Both the position numbers and the translations under genes were made by a program. The notes beneath the pieces are model-generated. The model made no database searches. It was not told the origin of the DNA and saw nothing but the letters and a program-made list of their open reading frames with translations. 64,000 nt of DNA. Source: Leucoraja ocellata (lineage: Eukaryota). Shown here one piece after another: positions 50,445 through 64,000 of this stretch. Where the stretch lies: assembly GCA_036785375.1 (NCBI GenBank), contig JAWMAR010000506.1:992001-1056000 (forward strand), written 5' to 3'. Each line of letters starts with the position of its first letter. Position 1 is the stretch's first letter.

Positions 50445-51919
50445 GTATTAAATAATTGATTTACGTACATAAACTATTCCATCAATAAGGGTCCCGACCT
50501 GAAACGTCACCTATCCATGTTCTCCAGAGATATTGCCTGACCCACTGAGTTATTGAGTTCCTCAACAGTATGTGTCTTTGTTTGGCAGCAATAGATTTTT
50601 TTCAATTTAAAGGAATTTTATTTTTGTCATGTGCATCCCATCTCTGTATGATTTACAGAAACGTGTAAACATTGCATGTCTAAAAGCTCTACATCAACTA
50701 TAATAGATACAAAATAAATTTATAATAGTTAAAATAAATTTATTGGTATCCTTCATCGAGCTTACTTTCTTGTAAGTCTAGCAAAATGTCTCATCTACAA
50801 TACAGTATTAAATAACATGAATTTATTTTTAAGCTAAGCATGTCAACAGACAGGATGAGGGCTGGAGGAGGAGCTGGTGATCATTATGCCCATAAAGGAA
50901 TTTGGAAATTGGTGTTCCAGAAGAATAGGGTTTCAGCTAATCACTGGGCCAAGGGACTTGAGGAATTGAATGGTTGAGGCCTAATGGGGTCACAATCTAG
51001 GAATTGTGAGTATGATTGCTTGACGGGGGAGAAGGGAAATTGCTACTGCACCTTGAATTGCCTGGCAAAATTGCTGAAGTGATGTGGAATGGCCCACAAA
51101 TGGTCATTATCAGATTTCACTCCATCCAAGATAATTTTCAATCACATGGTACAGAAATAAACAGAGCTAAGCAATGTACTTTCTAAAAATGTCAACGTAA
51201 TATTTTTCAATCCTATCCTTTTTAAAAATAAGCTTTTATGCTTGTTTATTTTTAATGGGCCTATTCAGCTGCAATGATTTGTCTTTTATGTTAGTCTACT
51301 CCTTAATGACTTCATTAATTTACTTTCCAAAATGTAATAGCTCACATTTGTGCATGTTAGAATTGTTAGTAAATTATGAGCTTTTCATGCCTTTTAATCT
51401 TGTTGCAAAGCCCTGTCCTCGCCCTGTCAAGTTTTGTGTTGTCTGTACACTTAGGTGGTGGTATTTGGATCCTGAAGAATAAATTAATATTTATAATTGG
51501 TATTTATAAAATGGTAGTCGCATAAATTTTCATCAAAATGGTTCGAGGTCTGATAATGCGGCATCCTAGATTTCACAATTTGCAATTTTGAATGACATTT
51601 TTAATTGCTTTTTATCCTGTAGTTTCTGTCCTACAGTCATTTAACTAGCTATCCTCGTGTCCCCTGATTCTACTTGCACCATACGCAATATCCCTTTATG
51701 TAATACCCTTTTATATGGCCCTCTGACTAAAGGTTCACCATTTGGGTCTTGAACCTAATACTTTTCACATTATTGTGTCTCTAAGCTGTATTTGGATCGC
51801 GCATTACAGTTGATTCCTAGTAATTATATGCATGTATCATTTACTGAATTGTAAAGCTTTTGTTTATCAATCTAACAATATATGCTCACTATTCTTTTAA
51901 ATAATTCTGGTGATCTGGT

Positions 51920-52795
51920 AGAAACATACAAAAATAGGAACAGGAGTTGACCATTTGGCCCTTCGAGTCAATATGATCATGGCTCATCATCTAAAATCAG
52001 TACCCCGTTCCTGCTTTCTCCCCATATCCCTTGATTCCTTTAGCCCCAAGAGATAAATCTAACTCTCTCTTGAAGACATCCAGAGAATTGGCCTCCACTG
52101 CCTTCTGTGGCAGAGAATTCCACAGATTCATAACTCTCTGGGTGAAGAAATGTTTCCTATTCTCAGACGTAAATGGCCTACCCTTTATTATTAAATTGTG
52201 CCCTCTGGTTCTGGACTCCCCCAACATCAGGAACATTTTTCCTACATCTGGCCTGTCCAATCCTTTTAAGAACTTTATATGTTTCTATAAGATCACCTCT
52301 CACCTTATTTCCAGTGAATACAAGCCCAGTCGACCTATTCTTTCATCACATGTCAGTCCCGCCATCCCGGGAATTAACATGGTGAACCTATGCTGCACCC
52401 CCTCAATGGTAATAATGTCCTTCCTCAAATCAGGAGACCAAATTTGCACACAATGCTCCAGGTGTGGTCTCACCAGGGCCCTGTACAACTGTAGTAGGAC
52501 CTCCTTGCTCCTAAACACAAATCTTCTCGCAATGGAGGCTAACATGCCATTAGATTTCTTCACTGCCTGATGTACCTGCATGCTTACTTTCAGTGACTGA
52601 TATACAAGCACACCCAGGTCTTGTTGCACCTCCCCTTTTCCTAATCTGACACCATTCAGATGATAATCTGCCTTCCTGTTCTTGCCACCAAAGTGGATAA
52701 CCTCACATTTATCCACATTATACTGTTTCTGCCATGCATCTGCCCACTTACCCAACCTATCCAAGTCACCCTGCAGCCTCATAGCATCCTCATCT
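51920..52795 (-). mobile_element. CR1 3' fragment, joined to a short + strand Rex1 piece (~52796-52940)
   Basis: LQGDLDRLGKWADAWQ, LVRPHLEHC; then VEKVKNFKFLGVHISEDLSW. Confidence 0.88.
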
Positions 52796-53569
52796 AGGAC
52801 CCACAATCATGTTTATATCAACGGGACAATGGTGGAGAAAGTCAAAAACTTCAAATTCCTGGGTGTGCATATTTCCGAAGATCTTTCCTGGACCCAGCAC
52901 ACTAATGCAATTATAAATAAAGCACACCAACGCCTCTACGTGGATATGAGCGACAAAAATTGAATCTTTTTTCAATTACATTGTGCTGATTATTAAAAGA
53001 ACTTTTAAATCACATAATTGTATTTGTAATGTTATGTTGATTGTTTAAAAGGTCAGTACCGATTTACTTGTAAGATATTATTTTACTTATGAGCGGGATG
53101 AATGAAGAAACAAAAAAGCTGACAACTTTCTTTTACTCAAATTTATTTGAATGCAGTGCCTCAGACAAATAGATGGGAGGAGGTATAAAGAATAGTATAG
53201 ATGGAGTAAGAGAAAATGAAGGAATGAGCTGGATTACTTGTAAGAATTTATGAAGCAATGTTGGAGGGCTCGAAGAAAGCTTTGTTCAGTCAGTACCTTA
53301 ACCAATCCAATGAATCTTAATCATCAGGAATTGTGGTCACTGATAAGTGGCTTGTCAGCGCTGAGGTCTCCATAAGTGGCACCTTTGAAGAAACTCTTGT
53401 TTCTTTTTTCTGCACTCTGATTTGAAAAAAATCCATCAGGATATGAAAGAAATAAGAAGGCTGTGGAATTCTTAGATTCTATTAAAATTTGGATGACACA
53501 GAGATGATGACCCTTGTGCGAGAATAACATGCAATTTCAGGAAGCTTGCCGTAAAATAAAGAGGAAGAA

Positions 53570-53770
53570 AGATACTGCAAGAATCTGAAGGTCCAACATA
53601 AGATTGAAACCAAAAGAACGGGTTGTGGGTGTAAAGAACGAAGGAGGTGCAGCAACCACAACATCAGTGGATTCTTCAGGATTGTCAAGACCATCTACAG
53701 CCTCAATGCCCAACAACCCATTCTACCGAGAGTCAGGAATGGATGAGAGCTCATGGATAATATCAGAACC
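53570..53770 (+). mobile_element. Ancient RTE-clade LINE remnant
   Basis: Conceptual KEVQQ..NISGFFRIVKTIYS..P..RNG resembles the RTE EN-RT linker. Confidence 0.5.
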
Positions 53771-54184
53771 TGTGGGTGGATTTGTCCAGTTGCACCTTCT
53801 TTGCGGAACGTTTAATGGTGTGATGAAATTAGTTGTTTACTCCAAGTAAAACTGGCTGAACATACAGAAAGATTACTGGGAATAATTCATAATAGTTATT
53901 ATGGTAAAAAAAGTGTTTGTAAAGATCCAAGAAGGAATATTGAGAAAGATTTTGTAACCTTCAAACTTTGTTCTTTTAGGCACAATCTGGCAGAAAGGAT
54001 GTCCCCTACTGTAAGGGTAAGAATATGATAACATTTTAAAGGAAAATTCCTAAAATGCTGATTTTTAAATCTATATAAATTATTACTTTTTACAGGCTTC
54101 AGCGGGTATTTTTGAATTGCTTGATCCAAAAAGTATTCTTTTGAGGACTTTTAATAAAATATTTTACTGTTAACTTCAACACAG

Positions 54185-54805
54185 ATTAGGTAATTGCCAC
54201 CGGCAGCTGAGGCGGCCAAATCATTGGGTATTTCTAAAGCGGAAATTGATAGATTCTTGTTTAGTAAGGATGTCACTGGTTAAGAAGGGAAGGCAGGAGA
54301 ATGGGGTTGAGAGGGAAAAATAGATCATACGGTCATGAGTGATAGGAGTAGAATTAGGCCATTTGGCCCATCAAGTCTACTCCACCATTCAATCATGGCT
54401 GATCTATCTCTCCCTCCTAACCCCATTCTCCTGCCTGCTCCCCATAACCACTGACACCTGTACTAATCAATAATCTATCTCTCTGCCTTAAAAATATCCA
54501 CTGACTTGTGTTTAAGAAGGAACTGCAGATGCTGAAAAACCGAAGGTACACAAAAATGCTGGAGAAACTCAGCGGGTGCAGCAGCATCTGTGGAGCGAAG
54601 GAGATAGGCAACGTTTCAGGCCGAAACCCTTCTTCAGACTGACTTCCTCCACAGCCTTCTGTGGCAAAGAATTCCATAGATTCACCAACCTCTTACTAAA
54701 TAAATTTCTCCTCATCTCCTTCTTAATAGATCAGCCGTGATCGAATGACGGCGCAGACGCGATGGGCCGATTGGCCTAATTCTGCTCCTATGTCTTGTGA
54801 TCTTA
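54185..54805. mobile_element. Nest of CR1 3' ends with a Penelope-derived insert (TSD ACTGACTT)
   Basis: + strand CR1 tail split by a minus-strand CR1 tail, itself split at ~54508-54637. Confidence 0.75.
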
Positions 54806-55900
54806 TGCTGATAGAAATATCCACCAGTTGTAAATCTTAAAGAGTTTGAATAAATTCTAACTGTTATAAGTAAGTAACATTTACTGTACCTGGTGCATGT
54901 GACAATAAAGAAACCATTGAACCATTGAATTTTATTCCTTATGTTTAAATTCATAGCAGCTCTATTACAATCTCATGCCCTTCCCTCGGTCATGGTGCCA
55001 AGCTAGGTTTCCTCAGGTTTTATGGGTGTAAATGTGTATGCCCATCATAGTATTTACCTGCTTTTTGATTTGGCAAAGGTATATTTATATTATTATAACT
55101 GTCCATTGGTTAAGAATCAGGGCCAAGTTAAAACCAAACCTTGTTTTTTGTGTAGGTAGGAGCTGCAGATGCTGGTTTATACCAAAGATAGACACAAAGA
55201 ACTGGAGTAACTCAGCGACTCAGGCAGCATCTCTGGAGAAAAGGAACAGGTGGCGACCCGAAACATCACCTGTTCCTCTTCTCCAGAGATGCTGCCTGCC
55301 CCATTGAATTGCTCCAGAGCTTTGTGTCCCTTTTTCTTATTCAGTTTCCCGGTCTCTCGGATGGTTTCTGTAGTTGCTTCATCTTCCATTCTGCCCTCTG
55401 TGCCTCTGAGGCCTCTCTCTCCTCCCTTGATCAAACATCTGCTCAATTTCTAATCACTGAAATTCATTCCTTGCTGACGCTGTCAGTGATTTTCTCCCAT
55501 CTAACACACTGTCTCACTGAGTGGGATTTTAGCCATGTGTCTACTTTGGTGAGTAAGAGATTTAAGTGATGCAAGGACAACAGGATAATATAAAGAACTA
55601 AACAAATGTAATTTTGCCAGGCAGTTTGCAGCTTTAATATGTGGTAGCTGATAGTGACTCATGATGATGATATCTGCTGTTGGTCCATTGCATGAAGAAC
55701 TTTGGCAGAGTCAATGGGCTGAAATCTCATAATGATTCTAAGAGGCACTCACTCTCCCAAGGTTAAATGCTGCAGCATTGGTTAGTGAAGGGAGACCAAA
55801 GAATGTAACTATGAATGAGGCCGATCTGCGGATTCAGAAAGGCAGTATTGGAGAAGCATCAGGCCTTGCACTTGTCCAGTAGGCACAAGATTATTACAGT

Positions 55901-56079
55901 CAGTGGCGGACTGGCCAGGGTGTCAGCTTGCCCGATGGCAAGTGGGCCCCTGATGAAGTGGGCCCCTTATATCAAGTGAGCCCCTGATGAAGTGGGCCCC
56001 CTATATCAAGTGGGCCCCTGATGAAGTGGGCCCCCTTTGTCTCCTGGCAACCAATATTTTTAGACCCAGTCCGCCACTG
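55901..56079. mobile_element. hAT-type MITE with internal ~35-bp tandem repeat
   Basis: 14-bp TIR CAGTGGCGGACTGG/CCAGTCCGCCACTG; flanks ATTACAGT/ATTACAAC (6/8). Confidence 0.85.
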
Positions 56080-56459
56080 ATTACAACCTGTGTGGAACAG
56101 AAACAGCGGGGAGAATGAGCAAAATTAACACATCTTGTGGCCACAGAGAGCCAAGTTGGGAAGTTAAAAGCAATTAGTAGTAATGGCTCAGCAACCATTC
56201 ACTGCAGCTGTATGGGTGTGGAGTTAGGGCATTTCCTCAGGACTGAGAGGAATTTGCAGTGGGAGGGAATCTTGAGTTGTCGTGGTCCATGTAGAAACCA
56301 GTGACGTGGTTAGAACTAAAGAGGTGGTACAGCACCTGTAGGCCAACTTACAAGCAGAGCCGCAAAGATGATGCTTCCTGAGCTATATGTGAATTGTCCA
56401 TTCAGATGGGCTACACTTGAGTCTGGCCAGGACCAATGTCAAAAGCCAAGTGTGTTTTA

Positions 56460-56920
56460 TAGTCATTTGTACGGAAACCGAAAAACGAAAGTCTTACTTG
56501 CAGCAGTTGTACAATTGTAAACTGTAAAGACAGTATCAATAAATAATATCATACAAAAAATAGAAATGCAATAAATAAGCTCAATATAGTGTAAAAAGAA
56601 CACAGTAAAGCCCAAAACCCAGTGCAACCCAGGTAGTTCTGAGTTTAGTTGGAGTTCATAGCATTCAATAGTCTGATTGTTGTTGGGGGGGGGGGGGGAG
56701 CTGTTCCTGAACCTGGACCTCACAGTTTTCAGAATCCTGTACCTTCTTCCCGATGTCATTACTGGAATGAGAGTGTGGCCATGGTGGTGCGGGTCCTTGA
56801 TAATGTTGGCTGCCTTTTTGAGACATCACCTTTTATAGATCTCTTCGATTGTGGGGAGATCAGTACCCATGATGTACTGGACAGTGTTCACCACATTTTG
56901 TCATCTCCTTTTTCCTGGCA
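56460..56920 (-). mobile_element. Rex1/Babar 3' fragment
   Basis: SGRRYRILKT...RFRNS motif. Confidence 0.7.
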
Positions 56921-58298
56921 TTCGAGAGAAGAATTGGAAAGTAAAAGAGAAAAGATGAGTAAAGGGTGTGTAGTGTGGCCAAGTAAAATATGGATAATGT
57001 CAGTCAGTAAAAAGGTGAAGCATACAAACATATACAGTAAGTATAACTGCAATTAGAGGCACTTCAATGGAAAATTGTAAAAATACAAATTTAAAAATTG
57101 CACGGAACATTTCACAACTAGCTGGATAAATAAACTAATAGTTCGAATAGGAAAAAAACCCACAAAGTGCTGGAGTAACTCAGCGAGTCAGGCAGCATCT
57201 CTGGAGAACATGGAGGCGATGTTTCGGGTCGGGACCCTTCTTCATGCTCTGAACACTAGAAAAAAATGAGTATGATCCAATAGCCAGTTCGAAATGACGA
57301 ATGTTGGGAATAAAGTGTAGTTTACTCAACTTTTAGAAGAGATAAGCAAAACGAGAGGAAAATAATGGAATAAAGGAATTGAGAAAAAGTGATTTAGGCT
57401 CAGACGATAGGGAGAATCAGTTAAGATCAACCTAAGAAAAGGACGGAAAATATTATCAAGAAATTAGAAGTGCATGTAACAAGGGCGACGGGGGGTGGAG
57501 GGGCAAGGGGATTTAATCGATGTGTAATCAGGCAGATTAAATTAAATTGTGTAGTGGACAAATTCATGAGGTGTATAGAAGTTGATTTTTCAGATCATTG
57601 TGTGGAGCCAACAACAAAACAAGCTATTTTAGACCTAATATCTTGGGTAAACTAATAATCAGGTGGTTGGGGATGTGTGATCATCATTTGGTAGATTTTG
57701 TTAAATCAGAAATCAGGACCTTAAATATAAGAAAAAAACATTAAAAGCGTAAGGAGTGAAGAGGGAAACTACATTGAAAGATGTGGCAGTCGGGTTTTTT
57801 ACCGGGTGCTCCGGTTAGCTCCCACATTCTAAAGACATTTGTAAATTAATTGGCTTCTGTAAACTGTCACTAGTGTGTAGAATAGAAATCCCTACTATGT
57901 AGGATGGCTCGATCAATACTACGGGTGCAGAATGGCTATAGCGGATACACCGGATCACATCTTCCAAAATTATATAGAATCTAGAAACCAAGAAATTTAT
58001 TGCCACTATTTAAGAGAAAAGGTTCGATGTTCTGAAGTCATTGTCTCATCCAACACTCCAATCTATTAAATAGCTCTTCTAGATATCACCAGCACGGTTT
58101 CCACGTTTACATATATATATTGGAAGCATATCTGCAGTAGTGGCTTGTTTCTTCTCTCTACCATATCTTATCCTTCACCATATGTTTTTATTCATCCAAT
58201 TGGTGTCTTTTTACCATCCAGAGTCTCAAACATTTGTTTGACAAGTCATCAACATTCACTGATTCTTCTATTACCTCTCAACTTCAATATATCATAAG

Positions 58299-60331
58299 TA
58301 GAGCCAGGATTTTGCCATTAATGCCATGTGCCTTTTCATGTCTTTTTTGATGATTTCACAAAGATAACTACTTTTTCATGATCGAGTGACTAAATCAGCC
58401 TTTTTTGGCCATTTTGCTAAAAGGTCGTGCTATTTTCTCTAATTGTACGTGATTTCAATGGAGTTTTTTATGTTAACACGTTAATATTTATGTTATTATT
58501 AACGTGTTAACATAGTATAACTTACAAGAAAATTTCCAACACCGGGGCAAAACCAGGGGCGCCATCGTTCATTCGTTCGTGCCGCTGCCCACTGGTTCAG
58601 ATTCTCCAAGATCTATTTAAGAAAGAACTGCAGATGCTGGAAAAATCAAAGGTAGACAAAAAATGCTGGAGAAACTCAGCGGGTGAGGCAGTATCTATGG
58701 AGAGAAGGAATAGGCGATGTTTCGGGTCAAGACCCTTTAGGCTGTGGGGGGGGGGGGGAGCGGGAAAAAGCAAGGAAGAGGCGGAGACAGTAGAACTAGA
58801 AGGAGAGCTGGGAATGGTGAGGGGGAGAAGACAATGGATATCTAAAATTAGAGAAGTCAATGTTGATACCGGAGGGGTGTAGACTACCCAAGCCAAATAC
58901 CCAAGCTTGTCTCCTCACTACATTTACTGCTGGCTCCAGACGCAAATCTGAGTTTGAGTGATCTGTGCAAGGCATTCATTGATGCTGGAATTCCACTGTA
59001 GAAATTGGAAAACCAATCTCTCAGTGGTTTTTTAGAGAAATACACAGAGGAACATATACAAAGTGAATCATCGTTACGGAAAAATTATGTTGACAGCAAC
59101 TTCAACATTGTTGTGCAGAAAATTAGAGATGAAGTTGCATGCAACAAAATATGGATCTCGGTAGACGAGCCAACCGATGCTGCGGGGAGATATGTTGCTA
59201 ATGTGGTCATCGGTACACTGGAGGCAGGTCAACCATCAAAGGAGTATTTGTTGACATCTGAAGTATTGGAGAAGTCAAACAGCTCAACTATAATGCTCAG
59301 CTGTTTACATCTTCACTTACTGTACTTTGGCCAGAAGGTATAAAACACGAGAATGTTCTTCTGTTTGTGACTGATGCAGCTCCATACATGAAAAAGCTGC
59401 TCGTGCTCTTAAAGTTTTATTCCCCAAAATGTTGCATTTGACATGCTTAGCTCAAGGACTTCATGGAATTGTCAAGCACATAAGTAACTTGTTTCCAAAT
59501 GTCGACCACCTAGTTTCTAATGTCAAGAAAATCTTCCTCAAAGCACCGTCACGTGTGCAGTTGTGCAAGGAAATGGCACCCAAAATTCCGCAACCTCCTC
59601 AGCCCGTTTTGACTAGGTGGGGTACATGGCTCCCTGTTGTACTCTACTATGCAACAAATTTTGAAAAGATAAAAGAATTTGTCAACTGTTTTGAAGAAGA
59701 AGAATCTGCTGCAGTCATGATCGTCATTGAAATCCTGCAGAAAATGTCCCGCCACCGGGATCTTGTGTTTATTGCTTCCAATTTTGCAAACTTCCCACAA
59801 GTTATCACTTCCCTTGAGAAACGTAGCAAAACATTAGCGAATAACTTGCAGATTTTCAACAAAGTGTAACTGACAATATTCGTAAAATTCCTGGCGATGT
59901 AGGTAAAGAGAATGTGAGAGAGTGAATTTAGCTAACAAAGATCTTGAAGAAATACAAAACATAGCGAAAGTTCTCAAAGGTAGTTGTAATGCACAAGATA
60001 TTGACATGAATATAGCGTCGGTAGCTTGTTTCTGGTATGCACCAGTGACCTCAGCTGAGGTAGAAAGAAGTTTCTCACAAATGAAGCATATTCTGTCTGA
60101 CAGACAGCATAGTTTTACACTAGATAATTTGCTAAAAATGCTACCAGGCAATTTTGGTCATTTAATGTAGAATACCATTATATTATCATTTGTAACCATA
60201 TTTTGGTGGTGGAAATGCATGCCTTTTTATGCCTTTTTTGTCAATAAATGCCTTTTTGTCAATAAATGCCTTTTTTGTAATTTTATTATGCCTTTTTCAG
60301 AGTTTTTTAGCGCCTAAACATCCTGCCTCTA
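58299..60331 (+). mobile_element. Decayed hAT-superfamily DNA transposon (TAGAG termini) with transposase pseudogene
   Basis: TIR TAGAGCCAGGAT / ATCCTGCCTCTA (11/12); TGCCTTTT subterminal repeats; IWISVDE.TD, FVTDAAPYM, HLTCLAQGLH, TRWGTW, APVTSAEVERSFS; frameshifted; Penelope-derived insert 58615-58900. Confidence 0.88.
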
Positions 60332-62777
60332 GTCATGTGATAGGTGCTGAATTAGGCTATTCGGCCCATCAAGTCTATTCCACCATTCAATCATGACTGA
60401 TCTATTTCTCCCACCTAATCCCATTCTCCTGCCTTCTCCCTGTAACCCCTGACACCCGTACTGATTCAGTGGCCTCTATGCTGTCTGAAGTAGCTTTTAT
60501 GACATTCTTGGATGATTCGTGTGGGTTCTCCAATTCAATATTTGGAAAATCAATGCCATAACTTTTGTCACTCAAAGAACACTTATGCCAATTATGTCTT
60601 CTCTACTGTTTCTCTTTGAATCCTCTGCATCAGAAGATATGAGTACAAAAACAAGGATATCTCATGACATGTTTAGGGCCTTGATGAGATCCCCTCTGGA
60701 CATTGTTTGTAGTTTGGTTTTCTCGTCTTACTTTTGTAGACTCAAAGTAGGTATTTTATTTGTTACTTTAACTTCCTTCCCTTCCTAACTTAATGCAGCG
60801 TCAAAAAACGTATCTCCCTCAGCTGCCCCAAAGAATAAAAGAGAGAGAGCGAAAGAGAGAGAGATGTGTCTAGAAAATCAATCATGCTGGAAAACTTGGT
60901 CTGGAGCCATGATGTGCCTGTGTCAAATTGATCAAGTGGCAGTCACAACAGAAGTACACACAGGCATTTTATCAACGTCAAGCTAACTGCGCTATTTACA
61001 GCATATTTATGGGATGTTATTTTATGTCCTCTTATCAACTGCTGAACCTAACAGACAGATTTGAAGACATGACTACGTTGCTGATAAGGGGGAAGTGTTT
61101 CCAAACAATGCAATTACTCCACTTCATGGGGAGAACTTGCATCAAGCTGTGGCAGACTATTGAAGGCACAGCTTATCCCACTTTTCTGGTGTTATTTGAA
61201 GAGGTTAGACACAATTTGTATCTCCAGAGGCTGTGCAAGATGGCAAGCATGACTGGCATTGTTGGACAGCTGGAGTAATATTCACCAGCCCTAAGCAACG
61301 TTTCTGTCTAAAATGAGGGATTACGTACATAAGTGTAAAACATGGGACTCTGACTCAAGGTACTCGTGACATATCCACAGCTTGGGCATATAGCAACATT
61401 TGGTCAAGATTGCTGTTTGTGCATTTGCTGCTGTGACAAACTTTTTAAAGTTGCAGCATCATGCTCAACATTAGATCACCTCAATAGTCTTCAGGGCTGC
61501 TGAATGGTATTTGGCAAACTGATCTTTATCCTGCAGATTGACAGGTCAATGGCACTTCTTATTACCTCCCCCTGTCCATTAACTCACCACAGAACTACAT
61601 TGTATAATAACGAAGGCCAGTATGGGTCCATGTTACTTTGTAGAATACGTGGAATATTTATTGTTTCAATGCTACCTCATTCTGATTCCGTCACCTTTCT
61701 TTAATTGATGACTGTAGTGGCGCTGCTTCTTGCACTCGTGCAGAACTCAAGTTTTATCACCTTTGCTGTTATTTTCCACCTTTTGGCAACCCTCTGTGTC
61801 CATTTCTGACGATAGGTTAGCGATCAGTATCCATTATAAATCAATAGATTAACTACAGTTTATCCTACCACGCATGTAATGAGTCTATTTTTGAAGATGG
61901 ACCAGTTTTCCATCTTCATCTTCACCTTGTTTTTTATAGCATATTCGGGGGTGAATAGAGGAGATGCAATGCCTACCCTTTTATTTTCACCTTTCCAAAT
62001 GTCCTCGTCTCTAAGCACTCTGCAATGAAACAACAATTTATTTGCAATGCTCGCAAAACATTAGACTATGTTCAGTTCACACAATGTGATCATTCCTTCA
62101 TTGAGGAAACTAAATGCGGATTGTGTGACTACGTTATCGGCAAGGGTGATCCTGAATTTTCAGATATCTGTCAATTTAATTTTCCATGCCACTCCCTTCG
62201 ACCTAGAGTATTACAATGAAGGCACAAAGTGTTTGAGTAACTCAGTGGGTTAGTTCTACTTATTACAAAGATGCTCAAGGAACAAGCCATCAATTTCTGA
62301 ATTAACACATTGCACTTTTAAGCTGCACATATTAGTTGTGTTTCTCATATTACCAGTATTCCGTATTTTTTTATCTCCTCTGGTATTTCAGGCTTCATTT
62401 GTTTCCATTTACACCTGCTCTAGAAATCTCTTCATTATCCTCTTTTTAACCGACACCATTGCTACATGTTATCATATCTCTCCTCATCTTCACATATCAT
62501 CTCTTTTATTTTGTTCACAATTCCTCCATCCTCTTTTTATCTATTTTCTTTCCAGATTATAGTTAATTTCCTCAATGTTAAATCTGTCTTGTGTAGGAAG
62601 GAACTGCAGATGTTGGTTTAAACCATAGACACAAAAAGCTGAAAATCTGTCTTTCTTTCCACAGATGCTGGCTAACCTTTAGAGAATTCTGTCTTTCTAC
62701 AGGAGGATATTTCGTACATTTTGAATGACTTGTATTCTATTTTGTTTTCGGTAACCCTCCTGTCATGAAGTGATGAA

Positions 62778-62865
62778 ATGAAGAAGTTAAAAGGATCAAA
62801 AAGGTTTTCTAGGAAAGAACAAAAAAAGGATGTTAAGAAGCAGCCTGCTAAATCCATGATGAACG
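62778..62865 (+). CDS. Candidate first coding exon of the CpG-island gene (MKKLKGSKRFSRKEQKKDVKKQPAKSMMN-G)
   Basis: Acceptor TCTGTCTTTCTACAG (AG 62701-62702), ATG with G at -3, donor ACG|GTAATC at 62866; not repeat-like. Confidence 0.35.
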
Positions 62866-64000
62866 GTAATCTATCAGCACTAGGTTATTTCACACGATAT
62901 CAGTTTCACTTGCGCAGACCGATTTCAACCATTTTATTTTTTGCTGTACTGAAGCCTGAGTATTGCTCTGTAATGCAATATTTTATGCAGTTCAGTTCTC
63001 TTTCGAGGGATAATGAAACTCCATTATACCTGAAAATGAATTGGCACTGAAGAATACGATTTCACTTGGGGCCATGCAGGAAAGCAGATTGAGAGAGCTT
63101 TCACCTAAGGGTCTGATTTGATTTGAATCTTAATGTCAATGGAGAGCAACCTGTTTCTCCTGATCTTCAGCATGAATCTTTTCAGTTCTTTCTTTCAACT
63201 GCCTAATACAGAAGTTTTGTTTTGTTTTTCAGTTTACCACTCATGACATGGCTTTGCAAAATGAATCAAATTTCCAGCTTAAACCTGGGATTCCAGTTCT
63301 TATTTTAATTCATTATTTAATCTTCTCAAGCTTTGATTTTATTTCATATTTAAATTTAAATTTAATATTGACTCTCGCAGTTACATTTTGGACATTTACT
63401 TGGGTCTGTTGCTGTATCAGATGACCGCAAGTTCTTTATTTTGATTTCTAAATTCCCTTTTCTGAATTGTACAACATGATTCCAATTAAAATCAGATTTT
63501 CTTGAGCAAATAATAATTAGTATTGTCACATTTGCTTGAGAAATCGAAAATGGATATGGTGATCTGTGAACCTAATTCCTACAAGTTAAGAGATAGTCAG
63601 CATTTGGAAATCCATGTCTGAAGTTAAGCTGTATAATGTCTGATTTTTATTTTTTGGGTGCCAATAAACTTCCCACTATAATTACAGATTGTGAGTTTAC
63701 AAATATGCCATAATTTGATTTATGCTGCAAGTTGAAAAGCATGTGTTTATGAAATCATGACTCCGTCTATATGTAACTTTAAATTGACAGCATATTATGT
63801 GCTAACCATGCATGGGTAAACTAGAATTTTCACAGCAGGAAGAACTGTTTAATATATACTACTTGAAAGCAAACTTGTGTCTTCAAGTTTTTGAATTGTG
63901 ACACAGGGCATTTTTGGAAAAGGTAAACACATGTGCGAGTTGTTTGTTGCACCCCCTTATGGAGAAATAGCTGAACTGGCCCTCAACATGATAAAAGAGG

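Noticed and set aside
55935-56035. Repeat-spacer appearance resembling a CRISPR array
   Set aside because: Spacers are themselves repeated; inside a MITE in eukaryotic DNA; no cas genes
61700-62030. Possible small minus-strand exons (e.g. VLRDEDIWKGENKR)
   Set aside because: Plausible splice sites but no consistent reading frame or recognisable homology
63836-63921. AG...GT-bounded segment as next exon after 62865
   Set aside because: Stops in all three frames

Overview
Eukaryotic genomic DNA from a vertebrate; the CR1/L2/Rex1/Penelope-rich repeat landscape suggests a cartilaginous fish such as a skate (inference). The only complete host gene is a two-exon Sp5 zinc-finger transcription factor (+ strand, 5393-6701) with a clustered TCF/LEF promoter inside a TE-poor ~10 kb block. 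A CpG-island promoter (~28.7-29.0 kb; RFX X-box, NRF1- and YY1-like motifs, splice donor) probably starts a second + strand gene, with a candidate first coding exon at ~62.8 kb. The rest is nested mobile DNA: a fragmented Penelope element; CR1 (one long copy with SGNH ORF1), L1, L2, Rex1/Babar and RTE LINEs; three hAT-type DNA transposons; and two different decayed endogenous retroviruses (minus strand 32.7-38.4 kb, plus strand 44.7-50.4 kb). Best leads: (i) >20 short Penelope-derived units carrying a minimal hammerhead-ribozyme core, several fold-back and flanked by their own TSDs (retrozyme-like); (ii) the two ERVs; (iii) a 237/238-identical inverted local duplication bracketing the CpG island; (iv) a perfect 106-bp hairpin; (v) a 5-bp-TSD hAT and an invertebrate-like hAT transposase. 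All alignments were done by eye, so coordinates of decayed repeats are approximate.
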